The notes beneath the pieces are model-generated. The model did no database searches. It was not told the DNA's origin and saw only the letters and a list, made by a program, of their open reading frames with translations. The position numbers were made by a program, and so were the translations under genes. Shown piece after piece: positions 7,504 to 10,542 of a DNA stretch of 10,542 nt. This DNA is from Promethearchaeia archaeon (GTDB lineage: Archaea > Asgardarchaeota > Lokiarchaeia > Sigyniarchaeales > SOKP01): positions 1-10,542 of the forward strand of contig JAWOFX010000062.1 of the NCBI GenBank assembly GCA_046497275.1. The letters are read 5' to 3'. Position 1 is the first letter of the stretch; every line of letters begins with the position of its first letter.

Positions 7504-8016
7504 GTTTCATTGAAATTATGCTTTCTAGTTGAATATTTCAATGAAACAGCTTTAAATCTTCATGGAATTTAAAGTGAGTTTCTTCAAAGACATATCTATG
7601 ATGAATATATATCTACTAAAGACCGCGATAGGATAACAATATATAAGTTCCTGTGTAAAAAGCACAATAAATCCGGCACTTTGAAACTTAACGCATCATT
7701 GATAATCTCAAATTCAAAAACTCAGCAATCCAGTAAGACTTTATGAGTTTTGTAAGATGTATAGGAAATATTTGATAATTTTTGAAATTTTTATGAAAAT
7801 GTTGATATCTAAAAATCTTTTGTGTAAAGCATTACTCTCATTTACCCAGAGTTATTAGATTGAATGTTTGAAGGGGTTATTCCCAAAAAACCAACAGAGA
7901 TTTGGTAAAAAAGGATTCAATAAATATTCTCAAAATTACACCCGAATTGAATAATAACGCAACGTTTTATAGGTGTTTTATTGCTCTCAAACCAATGCAA
8001 AAAATTTCTATTGTCC
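7495..8016 (-). ncRNA. Candidate ~520-nt structured non-coding RNA, family unassigned
   Basis: No ORF of 60 aa or more. 5' GGACAAUAG (8016-8008) pairs with 3' CUAUUGUCC (7503-7495). TATA lies at -30..-23, a U13 tract follows, and there are at least 8 internal stems, several closing with G-U pairs only on the minus strand. Confidence 0.6.
7504..7547. repeat. Perfect 13-bp inverted repeat GTTTCATTGAAAT / ATTTCAATGAAAC with 18-nt loop
   Basis: Arms at 7504-7516 and 7535-7547, read directly from the sequence. Confidence 0.95.
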
Positions 8017-8032
8017 ATTTTATCAATAGAAA
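8005..8032. repeat. 9-bp inverted repeat TTTCTATTG / CAATAGAAA spanning the predicted ncRNA start site
   Basis: Arms at 8005-8013 and 8024-8032 with a 10-nt spacer. Confidence 0.85.
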
Positions 8033-8038
8033 ATTAAA

Positions 8039-8053
8039 TATTTAAATCTTTTT
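8039..8053 (-). promoter_or_regulatory. BRE (AAAAAG) plus TATA (TTTAAATA) promoter firing leftward
   Basis: The minus strand reads AAAAAG-A-TTTAAATA. TATA at 8046-8039 is -30..-23 relative to G8016, the first base of the terminal stem. Confidence 0.6.
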
Positions 8054-8205
8054 ATCATAACTCAAACAATATCTATTCTGATTTATTAGAAAATAATAGA
8101 TTTGATTTAAACACATTTAAAAAAAATAACTCCTATCTTTTTATTATAATAATTTTTATATTCTCTAATAAATGAATTTAAAAAAAGTGAAATTCTTAAT
8201 TTATT

Positions 8206-8595
8206 ATGTCACAGGCTGAAATTCCAATAAAAATAGTATTGTTCGGTATAGGAATGATAAAAGGAAAAATCATACGACATATCTCTCCTTTATCTGCTGA
8301 TGCAATCATTGATAAATTACCACTCGTATTAAGGGGAAGATTTAGTTTTGGTTCAAAAAAGTATTGGACATTACCTGGAGTTGAAATTTATCGAGGAAGA
8401 AGTGAACGATCAGACAAAGAAGGAAAAAAAGGGGATATTATGTATAATCCCAAAAGTGATGAACTATTATTTTTACTGGAAGATCAAACACTCCCAAATA
8501 AAGTTAATAAAATTGGGGTAGTCGAAAGTAATTTGGAGTTAATCTTAAATGCTCGAAATGGGCTAAATACAAAAATTAAAAGAGATTTTACTTGA
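8206..8595 (+). CDS. Cyclophilin-like fold protein (TM1367/DUF3830-like)
   Basis: RHISPLSADAIIDKLP, GDIMYNP..ELLFLL and VNKIGVVESNLE match the pattern of archaeal cyclophilin-like proteins. Confidence 0.7.
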   Translation: MSQAEIPIKIVLFGIGMIKGKIIRHISPLSADAIIDKLPLVLRGRFSFGSKKYWTLPGVEIYRGRSERSDKEGKKGDIMYNPKSDELLFLLEDQTLPNKVNKIGVVESNLELILNARNGLNTKIKRDFT

Positions 8596-8608
8596 GCTTG
8601 ATTATATT

Positions 8609-9448
8609 ATGGTGTTTAAGAAAAGATTAACTTTAGTGTTTTTGATTATTTACTTGTCTGTTTTTCTATATCTATTGCTTTTCATATTTATCCCCCCTGT
8701 TCAAAACTTTATAATAACCGTAAGAGAAAATCTTGCATTACTTACTGAGGGTGACAATTATTGGTGGGCATTAATAATTTCCTTTTTTATTTGTTTTATC
8801 GGTTCTGCCTCCGTTGGATTTCCTGTTCCTTTTCCATTTGTATTGTTCTCATTATCAAATTCTGTTTTTCTTAGATTTACAGCCGCACCATATAATTTAA
8901 CAGCTCAGCAAATCGCATTAAATTCGAGTTTTTGGCTAGAAATCTCTGGTATTGCTATAATTGGAGGCTTAGGAGCTGCGCTTGGAGAATTAACAGGATA
9001 CATCATCGGATATGGTGCTAAAAAAATTGGCGAAAGTCGAAGTTCAGACGTGATTGAAAATGTCAAAGGATTTGGGAAGCTTGTTCTTAATAATGAACGG
9101 AGAATCCCTCTATATGTATTTCTCTTTGCTTTAACACCCTTACCGGATGATATTTTATTTATTCCCCTTGGTATGATTAAATATCCTGTATGGAAATCTA
9201 TAATACCTGGATGGCTTGGTAAGAATATTACCACTTATTTCTACTGCTTGTGGCCTCTTTTAATTGCATTTGGATTTTTAGCTACAGGAGGAGAATCTAA
9301 TGATTTTACCACGGTCGTTACAGAAGCAATATTACTGCTTTTTACTATTACTATAATGTTTTTTATTATGGGTTTTGATTGGAATAAATATCTTATGGAA
9401 AGAGCAAGAAAGAGAGAAGCAGCAGCTAAATCTAACATTGAAGAATAG
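8609..9448 (+). CDS. DedA/VTT (SNARE-associated; VMP1/TMEM41-like) membrane protein
   Basis: Multiple hydrophobic helices with GGLGAALGELTGYIIG, FALTPLPDD and YP.WK..I..WLGK re-entrant-loop motifs. Confidence 0.8.
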   Translation: MVFKKRLTLVFLIIYLSVFLYLLLFIFIPPVQNFIITVRENLALLTEGDNYWWALIISFFICFIGSASVGFPVPFPFVLFSLSNSVFLRFTAAPYNLTAQQIALNSSFWLEISGIAIIGGLGAALGELTGYIIGYGAKKIGESRSSDVIENVKGFGKLVLNNERRIPLYVFLFALTPLPDDILFIPLGMIKYPVWKSIIPGWLGKNITTYFYCLWPLLIAFGFLATGGESNDFTTVVTEAILLLFTITIMFFIMGFDWNKYLMERARKREAAAKSNIEE

Positions 9449-9500
9449 AACTAATAAGATATGAACACTCTTTCTCTGGAAAAAATTTAGTCCCAATTAA

Positions 9501-9677
9501 TTAGTATTTAGATCCCCTTTTTTCAAGGCAATTTTTACAGACAAAAACAGTTTTTCTTTTATCTTTGGAATTTTCGTCGTAATAGGTCCTTTTATAAATA
9601 TAGTTAGAGCATATATGACAAGTTGCAGAAGTTCTCTCTTCTTTTAAAAGTGGCCCTAATTCCTCAAATGTTCCCAA
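9501..9677 (-). CDS. Small zinc-finger protein (58 aa, CxxC-x23-CxxC), absent from the ORF track
   Basis: TTG start at 9677 with an SD-like GTGAT 6 nt upstream. Translation is MGTFEELGPLLKEERTSATCHICSNYIYKRTYYDENSKDKRKTVFVCKNCLEKRGSKY, with TAA at 9503-9501. It begins 20 nt after the Alba-like stop. Confidence 0.8.
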   Translation of the reverse strand: MGTFEELGPLLKEERTSATCHICSNYIYKRTYYDENSKDKRKTVFVCKNCLEKRGSKY

Positions 9678-9697
9678 TATAGTATCACTATTTAAAA

Positions 9698-10006
9698 TTA
9701 AATCCGTTTAGAAATTTCTATTTCGATTTGAGATATGAGATCTTTTTTAAAATTATTTTTATTTCTTCTTCGCTGTTTTCTTCCCCTTTGATAATACGGA
9801 CGACTACCTAAATTTACATTTGATATTTGTATCGAAGGAAACATACGCTGCTTTAATATTTCGGCAATCTCGACTGCTGTGGAGATTTCTTTTCCTTCAC
9901 CTTGTATCAAAATAGATTTCTCGCCTCCAGAGAAGGCGAAGATCGCGTCTTTTATGGCCTGATCCTTATCATCACGCTGTTTTATCTTAATAATATTATT
10001 ATTCAT
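9698..10006 (-). CDS. Divergent Alba-family nucleic-acid-binding protein with Arg/Lys-rich beta-hairpin insertion
   Basis: ILIQGEGKEISTAVEIAEILKQRMFP, IQISNVNLGS and ISQIEIEISK align with Alba ([26 protein letters not shown]...IKEIRVGS...VSTIEIAIRK). Confidence 0.85.
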   Translation of the reverse strand: MNNNIIKIKQRDDKDQAIKDAIFAFSGGEKSILIQGEGKEISTAVEIAEILKQRMFPSIQISNVNLGSRPYYQRGRKQRRRNKNNFKKDLISQIEIEISKRI

Positions 10007-10154
10007 CTAAGAAACCTAGTTTATAATCGTCTATTTTTACAAAAAAGAAGTTCTCATTCTAGTATATACATCAGAATTTATATTCTTTATTACCATTCCA
10101 AAAATTATCTTGGAAAAATGTGAAAGGAAAAGTCCAAAAAAAATAAAAAAAAAG

Positions 10155-10541
10155 TTAAGAAATTATTAACTTTTCAAAAACAGATTTCACAATACCAAAT
10201 GCTTTCTTAACTGAAAAATTAAGATACTCACTCTTTTTTAAATTCGTATTGTCCCAAATGTAATTATCTAAAAATTCAAATGCTTCACCATTAAGATCCT
10301 TTACTTTTTTATCCAAAACATTTGAATAATCTAAGATCATCTCGTCGTTGCAAATTAATACATAGTCTTTAAACTCAAAATGTTTGCATTTTGGATAGGG
10401 TGGAATACATTCGCAATTATCGAATTTTTTACAATAAGAACAAAAATGAAAAAAATTTGAAATTTTGCGGAGTCTAGACGATTTTATCGAATTTTTTAAA
10501 TATAAATTTTCAAATACATATAAAATAAAAAATATTAGTAG
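10155..10541 (-). CDS. 5'-truncated hypothetical protein with a hydrophobic segment and a Cys-rich cluster
   Basis: The frame of the 61-aa track ORF stays open to the window edge, giving LLIFFILYVF...FCSYCKKFDNCECIPPYPKCKHFEF...ICNDEMILDY. The true start lies outside the window or is uncertain. Confidence 0.5.
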   Translation of the reverse strand, partial: LLIFFILYVFENLYLKNSIKSSRLRKISNFFHFCSYCKKFDNCECIPPYPKCKHFEFKDYVLICNDEMILDYSNVLDKKVKDLNGEAFEFLDNYIWDNTNLKKSEYLNFSVKKAFGIVKSVFEKLIIS

Positions 10542-10542
10542 C

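Noticed and set aside
7504-7547. Resemblance to CRISPR repeat ends (GTTTCAAT...ATTGAAAC)
   Set aside because: A single inverted pair with no direct-repeat/spacer array and no cas genes.
7504-7570. Replication origin (mini-ORB-like boxes)
   Set aside because: No orc1/cdc6 gene in the window and no adjacent G-string. RNA-style pairing explains the region better, so this is kept only as a minor alternative.
7598-7604. C-box (ATGATGA) or SECIS-like element on the plus strand
   Set aside because: No CTGA D-box follows at guide-RNA distance, and no neighbouring gene has a plausible in-frame Sec TGA.
7630-7655. SRP helix-8-like CAGG-AAC...GUU-AUCC on the minus strand
   Set aside because: Lacks the GNRA tetraloop and the invariant AGC; no GNAR helix 6 upstream.
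7494-8017. MITE with 10-bp terminal inverted repeats
   Set aside because: No target-site duplication. The spacing of promoter and U-tract relative to the ends, and the stop codon lying inside the left repeat, fit a gene better. Not fully excluded without a genome copy-number check.
7917-8018. Leaderless 33-aa minus-strand ORF (MDNRNFLHW...) starting at the predicted TSS
   Set aside because: Short, with no motif, and it lies over paired regions and leaves over 400 nt of structured tail unexplained. Ribo-seq would be needed to exclude it.
8905-9438. Two minus-strand ORFs (109 and 65 aa)
   Set aside because: Antisense shadows of the DedA-family gene.
9902-10123. 73-aa plus-strand ORF
   Set aside because: Overlaps the Alba-like gene and its promoter region in antisense; low complexity.
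10124-10136. AAGGAAAAGTCC resembling RNase P CR-I
   Set aside because: Followed by poly-A, with no P4 partner or surrounding structure.

Overview
Very AT-rich archaeal DNA, most likely from an Asgard (Lokiarchaeia-like) genome. That placement is an inference from eL38, a NusA2-type factor, a crenarchaeal-like AspRS and a VMP1-like DedA protein. The window is mostly a housekeeping translation/RNA cluster: eL38, nusA2-like, pth2, truD, an orphan Type III Mod-like DNA methyltransferase (minus strand), a probably non-discriminating aspS, map (type II), a nucleotidyltransferase, a cyclophilin-fold protein and a DedA/VTT membrane protein. These are followed on the minus strand by a divergent Alba-family gene, a 58-aa zinc-finger gene the ORF track missed, and a 5'-truncated Cys-rich ORF. 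The standout is the ~700-bp ORF-free gap (7504-8205). It holds a candidate ~520-nt structured non-coding RNA on the minus strand (8016->7495) with a correctly spaced BRE/TATA promoter, paired 5' and 3' ends, many hairpins, a possible pseudoknot and a 13-U terminator. I could not assign it by eye to RNase P, SRP, 5S or tmRNA. All family calls come from motif recognition; no searches were run.
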